A stretch of DNA of 64,000 nucleotides from an uncultured bacterium (GCA_964502605.1 CAZCXK010000011.1:1053-65052); one strand, 5' to 3'. Counted from the stretch's first letter, positions 41,874 to 51,961 are shown. The notes: generated from the sequence alone by a model not told the origin. A program made the numbers and translations.

Positions 41874-43482
41874 ACCTCCCAGGCGCATTCTGATTGCTGA
41901 AGACGAACGCATTATTGCTAGAGATATCAAACAGTGTTTAGAAAACTTGGGATACTGCGTCACGGCGATCGCCACCTCTGGGGCGGAGGCTATTCAATCC
42001 GTCCATGAGACTCAGCCCGATCTGGTGCTCATGGACATTCGCCTCAAGGGCAAGATTGACGGCATTCAAGCGGCACAGCAAATCTGGGAAGAGGCTGACA
42101 TTCCCATTATCTACGCTACGGGGCACTCGGATCAAAGCACCCTACAGCGCGCAACACAAACGGCTCCGTTTGGCTATCTGCTCAAGCCCATCGAAGAAAA
42201 AGAGCTGTATGTCGCCATCGAAACCGCGCTATGTCGCTATCGCCTAGATCGGCACCTGCAAGAACGCGAACAGTGGCTAAGGAGCATTGTACAAAAGATT
42301 GGCGATGGCATCCTGGTCTTCAATGTCAATGGGCAGGTGCGCTATCTCAATTCAACGGCAGAAGCCCTGACCGGGTGGAGCAACGCCGATGCGCTCAATC
42401 AGCCCATTGCCAGCGTGTTTAATCTCATTAACGCTGCCACCAAACGGCGCGTTGATCCTGCCATCATTCGGACACTAGATGACGGCATTTTAGTGCATTG
42501 GTCATCTCAGACGGTTCTAGTGGCGAAAGATGGCACCGAACGGTCGGTAAGCACCAGCACGGCTCCGATCGTGGGCAAACATGATGGGATTACAGGGGCG
42601 GTTGTGGTCTGTCGGCAAGTCGCCTCACCCTGGGAGCGATCGCCATGCCAGGTCGAGACGCAGCCCAGAGACTTGGAGCAGCATCTTGGAGCAATGACTC
42701 AAATTGCTCGGCTCAAAGAAGACTTTCTTCGCAGCGTCTCCCAGGATCTCAAAACGCCGCTGACGAGCATCCAAATGGCTATTCAACTATTAGAGGTGAT
42801 GCTTGATCAGCATGGAATTCTCAATCTGGGGGCTGATGTGGATATTGAGCGCGTCACTCGATATTTGGGCATTTTGCGCCATCAGTGCGATCGCGAACTC
42901 TCGCTCGTCAATAACTTACTGGATTTACAAAAGCTCAATGCCCAAGCCTATACCCTCAGCCCCACGCGAATAGATCTGCACGACTGGATACCAGATATTC
43001 TGGCTCCGTTTCGGCCCCGCCTAGACCCGCGTCAGCTGCAGCTTCAAGTCTCTCTGGCTCCCAACTTGCCGCCGCTAATGACTGATTCGCCCAGCCTCAA
43101 ACGGGTCTTATCAGAGCTGTTAGATAACGCGTGCAAATACACGCCAGATGGAGGCACAATCTGGGTAGCAGTCGATCAAGGGTCTGATGAACATGATGCG
43201 CTCACGGCAAATAGGGTGAGTCGGGCAGGTGCATTTACTCAGTTCAGCGTGAAAAATATGGGAGACAAACTGCCTCAGCAGGAATTGAATCTGCTGTTTG
43301 AGCCCTTTTATCGAGCATCAAATGGCGATCGCTGGCGACAGCAGGGCATTGGCCTAGGTCTTGCAATTGTCAAAAAGCTGGTGCAACTTCTAGACGGACA
43401 GATTAGCGTCACCAGCACAGCAGAATTGACCTGTTTCACTCTGATGCTACCTGACCTTGCGAGCCCACCCGTATCACACTAG
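41839..43482 (+). CDS. Hybrid sensor: receiver (REC) - PAS - HisKA - HATPase histidine kinase
   Basis: REC ...RILIAEDERIIARDI...DLVLMDIRL...(Asp)...LLKP.... PAS. ...LKEDFLRSVSQDLKTPLTSIQ... (H-box). ...LLDNACKYT... (N-box), G-boxes. GGAGGG lies 8 nt upstream of the ATG at 41839. Overlaps the previous kinase gene by ~35 nt. Confidence 0.9.
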   Translation: MTDPCLPSTQPEPPRRILIAEDERIIARDIKQCLENLGYCVTAIATSGAEAIQSVHETQPDLVLMDIRLKGKIDGIQAAQQIWEEADIPIIYATGHSDQSTLQRATQTAPFGYLLKPIEEKELYVAIETALCRYRLDRHLQEREQWLRSIVQKIGDGILVFNVNGQVRYLNSTAEALTGWSNADALNQPIASVFNLINAATKRRVDPAIIRTLDDGILVHWSSQTVLVAKDGTERSVSTSTAPIVGKHDGITGAVVVCRQVASPWERSPCQVETQPRDLEQHLGAMTQIARLKEDFLRSVSQDLKTPLTSIQMAIQLLEVMLDQHGILNLGADVDIERVTRYLGILRHQCDRELSLVNNLLDLQKLNAQAYTLSPTRIDLHDWIPDILAPFRPRLDPRQLQLQVSLAPNLPPLMTDSPSLKRVLSELLDNACKYTPDGGTIWVAVDQGSDEHDALTANRVSRAGAFTQFSVKNMGDKLPQQELNLLFEPFYRASNGDRWRQQGIGLGLAIVKKLVQLLDGQISVTSTAELTCFTLMLPDLASPPVSH

Positions 43483-44110
43483 AGCTAAGAGCTGATTTGT
43501 AAACAAAAGTTTCGATCCCCCTTAAACCCCCCTTAAAAGGGTGACTTGAGCTTCGGAGTTGAATTCCCCTCTTCAAAAGAGGGGCTAGGGGATATCAAGA
43601 CGTGACAATTGTTTCAGAGCTTGAGATTTACTTCATAAATTAGCTCTAAGGGATTTGCCAAGAAATAGAATCCCGGTCATTCTAGAGAAGATGAGAGGAG
43701 TTGCCTAGATGATGCCTCAGTCCCCTGGCCTAGAATCGCCAGCGTCGATGTTGACGGAAGCGGTCAGAGGTTACCTTCAAGGATGCCGTCCAAAAGCTCA
43801 CGGGCAGTCGTAAACGAGACTTCATGGCAAAAGTGTCTGTGAACGCAGAACTGGAATTGTTTGTGTAGATGACTATCGCACCCGTGGACGACATAAAAGT
43901 GAGGATAAATTGCCCATCTAGAAGCCGATATTCGTTCGCTTGTGGAACGATACGCGCAAGTTGACCCGAAGTTTCAATCGATGTTTGCGTATGCCCGCAT
44001 TAGTGCCCGTGCGGTGCGGAAGCACTGATGAATGAGAAAGGCTACGAAGAAGCTGAAGTGCCGAAGCGTCAAACATTGAGCTGATGGATCAGGAGTCTGA
44101 GCGTTGACTT

Positions 44111-44398
44111 TCAAACTCGTTCATAATGTTCCACCGTTGGCGCAGGATCATAAAAGGAGTGAAGGAGCGATCGCCAGCGTTGATAGTCAGGCGATTGTCG
44201 AAACCCAACTGTGTGGTCTTCTAAGCGTTGCCAGCGCACCAGCAAAATATACCGATGCTGTGTTTCCAGGCACCGATGTAGGTCATGGTCTATGTAGCCG
44301 CGCATTGCGACAATAATCGGTTCGGCTAATTTGAATGCGGCTTCAAAGTCTGAGGTCAAACCGGGTTTCACATCAAGAATCGCAACTTCTAATATCAT
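44111..44398 (-). CDS. Antibiotic biosynthesis monooxygenase (ABM) domain protein
   Basis: 95 aa; MILEVAILDVKPGLTSDFEAAFKLAEPIIVAMRGYIDHDLHRCLETQHRYILLVRWQRLEDH... has the pattern of the ABM ferredoxin-like fold. Confidence 0.7.
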   Translation of the reverse strand: MILEVAILDVKPGLTSDFEAAFKLAEPIIVAMRGYIDHDLHRCLETQHRYILLVRWQRLEDHTVGFRQSPDYQRWRSLLHSFYDPAPTVEHYERV

Positions 44399-44623
44399 GA
44401 GTTGAGCCGTGAGTCATGACCTGAAATCGAGTGATGTGCAATTTACGTTTGATGCACCTCACATTTGATGATACAGACCATATGTTTCAAAAAATGAATG
44501 GCAGGGGTCAGCATTAAATCAAGATAGGATTCGCAAATTATTATTTGTCAAATCGTTTCTCAAAACGATGCTCAGACCACATACAGGGCTGCCTGTTGGC
44601 ATTGTGAAGGATCTGCGACCCGA

Positions 44624-47395
44624 ATGGAAATTCTTTCAGTTACGCTTAAAAATTTTAAGGCGCATCGCGATCGCCAGTTTGTGTTTCAACCTGGAACCAA
44701 TGCAATTTGTGGTGAGAACGGCGCAGGAAAAACCAGCATCTTAGAGGCGATCGCCTGGACGCTGTTTAATTATCGGGGGCAATATAAAAACGAAGACTTG
44801 ATTTGCAATGGGGCTGGCAGCGCCCAAGCCACCGTGCAGATAGTTTCGAGCCGAGATGGCCGTACGTATGACGTGCAGCGCTGCACCAGTCGGGGGTATA
44901 CGCTCTACGATCCCCAGCTCAATGAGCGCTTGCCCTACAAGCATATTGACGATGAGATCATGCCGTGGCTGCGGCAGCATATGGGCGTCCCTGCTGGGAC
45001 TGATTTGGGGCGGCTGTTTGCCAATACGATCGGGGTGCCGCAGGGCACCTTTACCGCTGACTTTTTGCAGCCTGCCGAAAAGCGCAAGCCCATCTTTGAC
45101 ACAATTCTCAAGGTCGATGAATATCAGACTGCCTATCGGCAGGGGCTATCACTCGAAAAATATGCCAAAGCCGAAGTTGAAAAAATCGAAACGCTGATTG
45201 CCCAATATGATGAGCGGTTGCACGATTGGGATATGATTCAGGCGCAGCGCACCGAAATTAGCGAGGCGATCGCCCACGACGAAACGACTCTGGTTCAGCT
45301 TAAGACCAATTTGAGTCAGCTCCAGGCTGAGAAGGATCGGCTCACTGCATGTGCTAATCAGGTGCAAGCCCTAGACCGGCAGATGCAGCAAATCAGAGCG
45401 CAAATTGACGGCAAAGAGCAGGCTAATCAGTTTTTAGAACAATCGCTGCACCAAGCGCAGCAGGCCGTCCAATTCTGTGAACAGCAGCGCCCTAGCTATC
45501 AGGCATTCTTGGCAGCAGAAACGGCATTGCAGAAGCTTGATCAGCGGCTCAAACAGCGTCATCATCTGCTCCAACAGCGAGACCAGCACGAACAGCAACG
45601 GGCCCAGAGGCAATCAGACCTGGCTCGGTTGACCCTCCAGCGAGAGCAGTTGACGCAGGCTCAGCACGACCTCGAACAGCTCCAGCCTCTGGTGCAGCAG
45701 CAACAGATATTAGACCAGCAAAAAACGGAGATATTGGATCGGCTGCAGCAGCTCCAGACGATTGCTATAGAGCGCCAAAGCGTGGCAACTGAGCTGACCA
45801 AGCGGCAAGCTCAAGCAACTCATCTGGGGCAAGAGATTCAGCGGCTGCAGGGGTTGACAGCTACTGTTGAACAGATTCCTCAGGTTGAGCAAACGCGCGA
45901 TCGCCTGCAAGAACAGTTGAGTCGCATTGAGGCTGCGCGGCAGTTTGAGGCCGAATTGCAGCAGTTAGTGAGCACCGGAGACGCAAAACGCGATCGCTAC
46001 CAGCAGGATGTGCAAGCGGCGCTGGCGATTCTGCAAGACATTCAGCAAGCAGTTCCGGTTTTAGCGTCGAATTCGGTTGAGTCTGCTCTGGCGACGATGC
46101 AGGCGGGAGTTGATTTGAATGACGAATTACTGCAGGCGTTGCGCGAGATTCTCACGGATTTGTCAGCTCAAGTGTCAGCCGATCGCCTGGCTACTGAACT
46201 GCGGCAAACGCGACAGGTATTGGATCTGGCCTATCAGCATCGAGCCGACTGGGCCACACTGGATAGCAAATGTGTTCAGCAGCACGATCTAGACACAGAG
46301 CTAAATTCTCTGCACCAGCGAGCAGCTCTGCTCGACAGCCATCTGACTGAGCGTCAACAGCTAATTCAGCGGCGATCGCAACTCGACGCTGACTTGGCCG
46401 CACTGAATAACCCTATGGGGCGCGCTCACTTGCTGCAGCGGCAAATCCAGCAGCAGGGTCAAATTGAGGCTGATTATGCTCAAGCAAAAAACCTGCAAGC
46501 GCAGCAGCAGCAGCAGCAGCAGCTTGAGGCTATCATGGCGCAACTGGCTGAGTTTGCCGAGTTAGATGCCCAAACCGAGCAGCACAAACAGCAGCGTCAG
46601 GCTCATCAGGCAGGATATACCATCTATATGCAGCATGAGGCCAATGCCCAGCGCTTGCCCCAGATTCAGGCTGATGTTCAGGAAGCGATCGCCCAGATGA
46701 ATGCATTAACCCAGCGACGCAATATGGTGCAGGCTCAGTTGGAGGCAGTCCAGCAGACCTATGATCCAGACCAATGGCGGCAGGTTGAAACGCAATATCA
46801 CGACATCCGCAGCCAGGCCGACCGCATTGACGGCGCACTGCCTCAACAGCGACGGCTGCTCAGCGAACTCGATCGCCGCATCACAGAACTGCAAGAGATT
46901 GCTAGCAAGCGCGATCGCGCCCAAGCCGATCTCAAGCACCGGAGCCGGGTCAAGCGCTTTGTGAGCTTTGCCCGCAAAGTCTATAAAGACGCTGGCCCGC
47001 GCATCACCGAACGCTACGTCTACAATATTTCTCGCGAAGCCGATCGCCTCTTTCGAGAGTTGCTCAATCGCCCCAACATCGCCCTCGAATGGACGCGCGA
47101 TTACGACATTTTGGTGCAAGAAGGCGCATACAAGCGGCGATTTATTAACCTCTCTGGGGGCGAGCAAATGTGTGCTGCATTAGCCGTCAGGCTAGCATTA
47201 TTGCGAGTGTTAGCCGATATCGACATTGCCTTTTTTGACGAGCCTACCACCAACATGGATCGGCCCCGTCGAGAGAGCTTAGCAGAGGCGATCGCCAATA
47301 TTCGCAGCTTTCGTCAGCTGGTGGTCATCAGCCACGACGACACCTTTGAGAAGGTGACTGAGAATATCATTTTTGTCGAACGCGAGGTGATCTAA
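44624..47395 (+). CDS. SMC/Rad50/SbcC-like ABC ATPase with long Gln-rich coiled coil; no CxxC zinc hook
   Basis: N-terminal Walker A ...ICGENGAGKTSILEAIAW.... ~650 aa of heptad/Gln-rich coiled coil. C-terminal signature ...LSGGEQMCAALAVRLALL... and Walker B/D-loop ...IAFFDEPTTNMD.... None of the 7 cysteines forms a CxxC. Confidence 0.85.
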   Translation: MEILSVTLKNFKAHRDRQFVFQPGTNAICGENGAGKTSILEAIAWTLFNYRGQYKNEDLICNGAGSAQATVQIVSSRDGRTYDVQRCTSRGYTLYDPQLNERLPYKHIDDEIMPWLRQHMGVPAGTDLGRLFANTIGVPQGTFTADFLQPAEKRKPIFDTILKVDEYQTAYRQGLSLEKYAKAEVEKIETLIAQYDERLHDWDMIQAQRTEISEAIAHDETTLVQLKTNLSQLQAEKDRLTACANQVQALDRQMQQIRAQIDGKEQANQFLEQSLHQAQQAVQFCEQQRPSYQAFLAAETALQKLDQRLKQRHHLLQQRDQHEQQRAQRQSDLARLTLQREQLTQAQHDLEQLQPLVQQQQILDQQKTEILDRLQQLQTIAIERQSVATELTKRQAQATHLGQEIQRLQGLTATVEQIPQVEQTRDRLQEQLSRIEAARQFEAELQQLVSTGDAKRDRYQQDVQAALAILQDIQQAVPVLASNSVESALATMQAGVDLNDELLQALREILTDLSAQVSADRLATELRQTRQVLDLAYQHRADWATLDSKCVQQHDLDTELNSLHQRAALLDSHLTERQQLIQRRSQLDADLAALNNPMGRAHLLQRQIQQQGQIEADYAQAKNLQAQQQQQQQLEAIMAQLAEFAELDAQTEQHKQQRQAHQAGYTIYMQHEANAQRLPQIQADVQEAIAQMNALTQRRNMVQAQLEAVQQTYDPDQWRQVETQYHDIRSQADRIDGALPQQRRLLSELDRRITELQEIASKRDRAQADLKHRSRVKRFVSFARKVYKDAGPRITERYVYNISREADRLFRELLNRPNIALEWTRDYDILVQEGAYKRRFINLSGGEQMCAALAVRLALLRVLADIDIAFFDEPTTNMDRPRRESLAEAIANIRSFRQLVVISHDDTFEKVTENIIFVEREVI

Positions 47396-47505
47396 CCCGT
47401 TTAGATCTGACGACACCATCCCAGTAATAAGAGCCCTCTTGTTTGAATCTGGTCTAAACCTAGTCTAAACCCTGGATTTCTGGGATTGTTCTCGCCTGCT
47501 ACTCC

Positions 47506-49386
47506 TTACACTCCTACAGTTACATGGTCTGCCGGGATTTGAGCTTGATTCAGCAAGCCTTGCAGTTTTTCACCTTCAATCACTTCCCGCTCTAGCAGCT
47601 GCGTTGCAGCAGTTTCCAGCAAATCGCGGTTGTGCTTCAGAATGCTGAGCGCTTGCTGATGAGCAGTCTCAACAATCTCTTTGACTTCGTGATCAATGGA
47701 TTCTGAGGTGCGTTCACTGACGGCGCGGCGTGGGTTGTTAGACATGCCCCCATCTAAGAACATCGTTTGCTGACCTCGCTGATAGGCAAGTGGCCCCAAG
47801 ATTTTGCTCATGCCATAGGTGGTTACCATGCGCTCGGCCAAGTCAGTCGCCCGCTGTAAGTCATTCGAGGCTCCAGTCGTAATGCTGCCAAACACCACTT
47901 CTTCAGCAGCTCGCCCGCCCAACAGCGTCGTAATTTGGCCCTTTAGCTCTGTTTCATCCAACAGGAACCGATCCTCGGTCGGCAACTGCAGGGTGTAGCC
48001 CAGCGCTGCCATACCCCGAGGCACAATGGAAATTTTCTCAACGCGATCGCTCCCTGGCATCAGCGACGCCACCAAGGCATGCCCTACCTCGTGATAAGCC
48101 ACTATTTTCTTTTCTTTGTCGTTGAGCACCCGACTCTTTTTCTCAAGCCCAGCTACGACCCGCTCAATAGCTTCTGCAAAATCTTCTTGCATCACCGACT
48201 CGCGCTGGTTGCGAGCGGCGAGCAGTGCTGCCTCATTCACCAAGTTGGCCAATTCTGCACCTGCAAATCCTGGGGTTCGAGCTGCTAAGGCCTTAAGGTC
48301 AACATCTGGCCCCAGCTTCACCTTCTGAGCATAAATATCTAATATCGCTTCTCGGCCTGATAAATCAGGGCGATCGACCAAAACCTGACGGTCAAAGCGC
48401 CCAGGACGAAGCAATGCTGGGTCAAGCGTTTCAGGGCGATTCGTCGCTGCCAAGACAATAACAGTTGACTCACTGGCAGAAAAGCCATCCATTTCAGTGA
48501 GCAGCTGATTTAAGGTTTGTTCTCGCTCGTCATTGCCGCCATAAAAGCCACCTGTGTTGCGAGATTTGCCAATGGCATCAAGCTCGTCAATGAAAATGAT
48601 GCAAGGAGCTTGCTTTTTAGCTTGCTCAAACAAATCGCGCACACGAGCTGCCCCTGCCCCGACAAACAGCTCAACAAATTCTGAGCCTGAGATGCTAAAG
48701 AAAGGAACGCCAGCTTCGCCAGCGACGGCCTTCGCTAGCAGGGTCTTGCCAGTGCCAGGAGGCCCAATCAGCAACACCCCTTTAGGAATGCGCGCCCCCA
48801 ATTGAGTAAAGCGCTTTGGCGTCTTGAGAAAATCTACAACCTCTACAAGCTCGGCTTTGGCTTCTTCCACCCCAGCGACATCATCAAATTTGATTTTTGT
48901 GGCGTCTTCTTCGACATAAACCTTAGCCTTGCTCTTGGCAATAGACAAAGCTCCCTGGGCTCCCCCAATCCCCCGTCCGAGAAAGAACTGCCAGATGGCA
49001 ACAAAAATCAGTGGCGGAATCACCCACCCCAGCAGCCCAGTAAACCAGTTGCCGCGAGCGGGGGGTTTGGCTGCAAACTCAACGCCGTTTTCTTGCAGAA
49101 GTTTTGGGAGTTCTAAATCAAAGATTGGAGTTGTCGTAAACACCTGTCCTGGTTCGTCCAGTTCGCCTTTGATCTGATAGCGGATCTCATCTTGCCCCAC
49201 CGATGCCCGCACCACATCACCATCCTCAACCTGATGGATAAACAAACTGTAGGGTACCTTGGGCACCGATGATCCTAAAAATCTTGGTAGGAGTAGATTG
49301 GCGACCAAAATCAGCCCCGACACGATTAGCAAGATGCTACCAATCCATCGAGAGCGAGAGGGTTGAGGGGTATTCTTAATCGGCAT
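47506..49386 (-). CDS. ftsH: ATP-dependent zinc metalloprotease FtsH
   Basis: N-terminal TM pair, AAA+ module [36 protein letters not shown] zinc site ...[11 protein letters not shown].... 626 aa. Confidence 0.95.
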   Translation of the reverse strand: MPIKNTPQPSRSRWIGSILLIVSGLILVANLLLPRFLGSSVPKVPYSLFIHQVEDGDVVRASVGQDEIRYQIKGELDEPGQVFTTTPIFDLELPKLLQENGVEFAAKPPARGNWFTGLLGWVIPPLIFVAIWQFFLGRGIGGAQGALSIAKSKAKVYVEEDATKIKFDDVAGVEEAKAELVEVVDFLKTPKRFTQLGARIPKGVLLIGPPGTGKTLLAKAVAGEAGVPFFSISGSEFVELFVGAGAARVRDLFEQAKKQAPCIIFIDELDAIGKSRNTGGFYGGNDEREQTLNQLLTEMDGFSASESTVIVLAATNRPETLDPALLRPGRFDRQVLVDRPDLSGREAILDIYAQKVKLGPDVDLKALAARTPGFAGAELANLVNEAALLAARNQRESVMQEDFAEAIERVVAGLEKKSRVLNDKEKKIVAYHEVGHALVASLMPGSDRVEKISIVPRGMAALGYTLQLPTEDRFLLDETELKGQITTLLGGRAAEEVVFGSITTGASNDLQRATDLAERMVTTYGMSKILGPLAYQRGQQTMFLDGGMSNNPRRAVSERTSESIDHEVKEIVETAHQQALSILKHNRDLLETAATQLLEREVIEGEKLQGLLNQAQIPADHVTVGV

Positions 49387-49800
49387 GGCAACATTCCTTT
49401 GAGCAAAATCATTGAGTCTTGAGAGCGGCTAGTCGCAGGTCGTCCACTCTGAAACCGCTATCAATGACGAGGTTGGCTTCAACTGGGGAGGGGCATCAGC
49501 AGAACTCCCGTTTTGGACTGGGATGAGATTTTAATCTGCAGAGGAGCTGAATCACATGTTCTTCACATTTGGTTTCAAACAGCGTCATTAATATATGACG
49601 TGCCCTTAGCTCAGTCTTCTGGGGGACATAACCCAGTGGGTTTCACGTTAGGCACGACCCGCGCCTAGCGAAACCTCTTACTTCGCATTGTCTAATACCT
49701 ATCTGCTGTTGAGGCGAGTTGAGCAGATTCGGGTTTCCGCACCCAGGGTAACAAGACGAGGACTAGGACAAAACAGCCAACACTGCTGGCGCTAGTGGGT

Positions 49801-50010
49801 TTAGACAGCCTCTAGCCAATCAAACACCTGATCGAGCTGATCAATCGTAATCAGCCCGTATTGCCACAGAATGACGGGAAGCAGGTTAGAAGGCTCATTA
49901 ACATGACGAAGTGCAATGGCGATCGCCTCTGTGGGGATAGCAAGCTCTTCCTGGAGAAAATCAATTAGTTGCGTTTGATGGGTCACTGGATACGCCGACA
50001 TGCTAAACAC
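49801..50010 (-). CDS. Small conserved hypothetical protein (DUF2949-like)
   Basis: 69 aa, ...LPVILWQYGLITIDQLDQVFDWLE.... Family assignment is from memory only. Confidence 0.4.
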   Translation of the reverse strand: MFSMSAYPVTHQTQLIDFLQEELAIPTEAIAIALRHVNEPSNLLPVILWQYGLITIDQLDQVFDWLEAV

Positions 50011-50467
50011 CGGATGTAAAGGAAATTAACAAAAAATATTAAGAAATGCAACAGTCTCTCAGGATGTTTTACGGAGATTATAGGAGCGGTACATATTCCA
50101 TTGAAAAATTGACATTAATATTCATGTGTTCGTATTGTGCTGGGGCTCGCCCTGAATAGCTATCTGTCAGGAGGTCGAGATTTCCACATAGTTGCCAAAA
50201 TCTATCGTCCTAGCTCAAAACGTATTTCCACCGATTTACGAGAAATCGCTGACAGTAGATTCAGATTTGAGGCCAGCGTGTATATACAACTGCTACAGCT
50301 CTGAACAATGCCACCTTCGCTGCCGTTCAATGGCTACTAGGGCTCAGCAGTCTCGCTTGGGGGAGTTGTCCCCCGATGGAGGCTGTGGTCATAGCAAACA
50401 ATGCATATACATAGCAAGCAATGCATATACACAGTAGAAGTTGAGGAGAGACTCGTTGCTTGGCTAT

Positions 50468-50944
50468 CTAGTGGACTGATGACCAGTGGCTAAATGGATG
50501 TTTGGCCAACGATGAATTGTAGTAGCGCGGGTCATCTGACACTTCGACACCAATCCATGAGGGCAGTTCGAGGGGCTGGTCGGCCTCCTCAAGCTCAACT
50601 TCAGCCACGATCAGGCCGTGATTTTCGCCCTCAAACTCGTCAATTTCCCAGAGATGACCTGCCACCTCAACCCGATAGCGTGTCTTTTCGATCAGGGGGC
50701 GATCGCACAATTCATGCAGCAGTTGTTCGGCATCTGCAACCGGAATTTCATACTCAAACTCTGAGCGAGTGATGCCTTGGGTCGGCCCCTTAATCGTCAG
50801 ATAGCCAACCTCTCCCACAACGCGAACGCGCACCGTTGTGCCCGATTGGGTAGGCAAATATGCCTGACGATATCGCTGCCCCGATGCGGGCGATCGCCAT
50901 TCATCACTCACCACAAGAAACTTGCGCTCAATCTCCTGGCCCAT
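50468..50944 (-). CDS. CYTH-domain protein (triphosphate tunnel metalloenzyme; CyaB/thiamine-triphosphatase family)
   Basis: N-terminal EIERKFLV hallmark of CYTH, alternating charged beta-strand pattern. 158 aa. Confidence 0.8.
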   Translation of the reverse strand: MGQEIERKFLVVSDEWRSPASGQRYRQAYLPTQSGTTVRVRVVGEVGYLTIKGPTQGITRSEFEYEIPVADAEQLLHELCDRPLIEKTRYRVEVAGHLWEIDEFEGENHGLIVAEVELEEADQPLELPSWIGVEVSDDPRYYNSSLAKHPFSHWSSVH

Positions 50945-50971
50945 GGCTGCTGCTCATGCTTTACAACTCAG

Positions 50972-51961
50972 CTAGTCAGACGCAGTCTTCGCGTTGAGAT
51001 ACAAAAAGGCTTCGACCTCAGCCGCAGAAGGCTGGGCGGCGATCGCCCCAGGTCGAGTAGTGGTCAGCGCCCCAACAGCACTGGCATAGGTAATCACCGT
51101 GCGAGCAACATCTGGATCTTCGAGTGCCTGCAGCCCTGTCTGGCAGACCTGATGAATAAAGCCCGCTAAAAAGCCATCTCCGGCTCCGGTTGTTTCTTCG
51201 ACCTCAACCGAGAAGGCGGGCAGTTTACCCTCATTGTTACCCAGACAATAGGCACATCCATGTTCTCCAGCGGTTACGAGCACCCCTTCCAGATTTTCAA
51301 CCCGGTGGGTAATCACGCCCGGATCTGGAGTGCCAAATAACCATAGCGCTTCTTCGTCTGATAGTTTCAGGAAGTCAACTCGCTTGACGCTATCTAAAAT
51401 GATCGATTTTGCTCCATTGGGATCATCCCAAAACATAGGTCGCCAGTTAACATCCATCAAAATTTTCATGCAATGCTGCTCAGCCAGCTCTAGCGATCGC
51501 CCAATCGCGTGCCCTGTTTCAGCATAGGCCATTTCGAGCGTGCCCAGCACCAAAAAATCGGCAGCATCAAACAGGTCAGTAGGCATCCCAGCAGCCTGCA
51601 GGAAGGCATCGGCAAATTTGGCAGGGTCATAGTCTCCAAATCCAGCAAATTGGCGATCGCCCTCTGCCGTCCGCACCACATAAATTTGGCGGGTGGGGGC
51701 TGTCTCATGACGTTGAATCCCAGTAATATCAACGCCCGTTGTTCGCAAGAGCTCGACCAGCGTTTCACCGGGCTGATCATTACCAACGCAGCCAATAAAG
51801 CCAGTCGTCGTGCCGAGCTTTACCAGCCCACAGGCGACATTTGCAGGAGCCCCACCCGGATAAGGCGTCCAAGAGGTCACCTCTTCGAGCGGTCGTCCCG
51901 GCTGATCAGAAATTAGGTCAAACAAAATTTCGCCAAGACAGAGCACACGAGGATTTGCCAC
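50972..51961 (-). CDS. PfkB-family carbohydrate kinase (fructokinase-like)
   Basis: ...VLCLGEILFDLISD..., ...YPGGAPANVACGL..., C-terminal ...DTTGAGDGFLAGF... (GAGD anion hole). GTG start at 51961 preceded by AGAAGGGAGA. The ORF track extends to 51997. Confidence 0.85.
   Translation of the reverse strand: MANPRVLCLGEILFDLISDQPGRPLEEVTSWTPYPGGAPANVACGLVKLGTTTGFIGCVGNDQPGETLVELLRTTGVDITGIQRHETAPTRQIYVVRTAEGDRQFAGFGDYDPAKFADAFLQAAGMPTDLFDAADFLVLGTLEMAYAETGHAIGRSLELAEQHCMKILMDVNWRPMFWDDPNGAKSIILDSVKRVDFLKLSDEEALWLFGTPDPGVITHRVENLEGVLVTAGEHGCAYCLGNNEGKLPAFSVEVEETTGAGDGFLAGFIHQVCQTGLQALEDPDVARTVITYASAVGALTTTRPGAIAAQPSAAEVEAFLYLNAKTASD

Noticed and set aside
43650-44110. Transposase/IS remnant
   Set aside because: The frame-broken pieces look protein-like. 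I cannot match them to any IS family from memory, and there are no terminal inverted repeats or target-site duplications that I can see. Reported only as a possible pseudogene.
46497-46520. (CAG)7 microsatellite as a phase-variation switch
   Set aside because: In-frame triplet repeat encoding poly-Gln within a Gln-rich coiled coil. Length changes would not shift the frame.
44624-47395. Canonical SbcC/Rad50 annotation
   Set aside because: No CxxC zinc-hook motif anywhere in the protein and no adjacent sbcD/mre11. Retained as a generic SMC/Rad50-like ATPase rather than named sbcC.
49560-49650. tRNA-like fragment (...GCCCTTAGCTCAGTC... resembles a D-arm) upstream of ftsH
   Set aside because: Only about 46 nt lie between the putative acceptor halves CGTGCC/GGCACG. 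No T-arm GTTCGA motif and no anticodon stem-loop can be drawn. Likely a chance match or a small hairpin in the ftsH 5' region.
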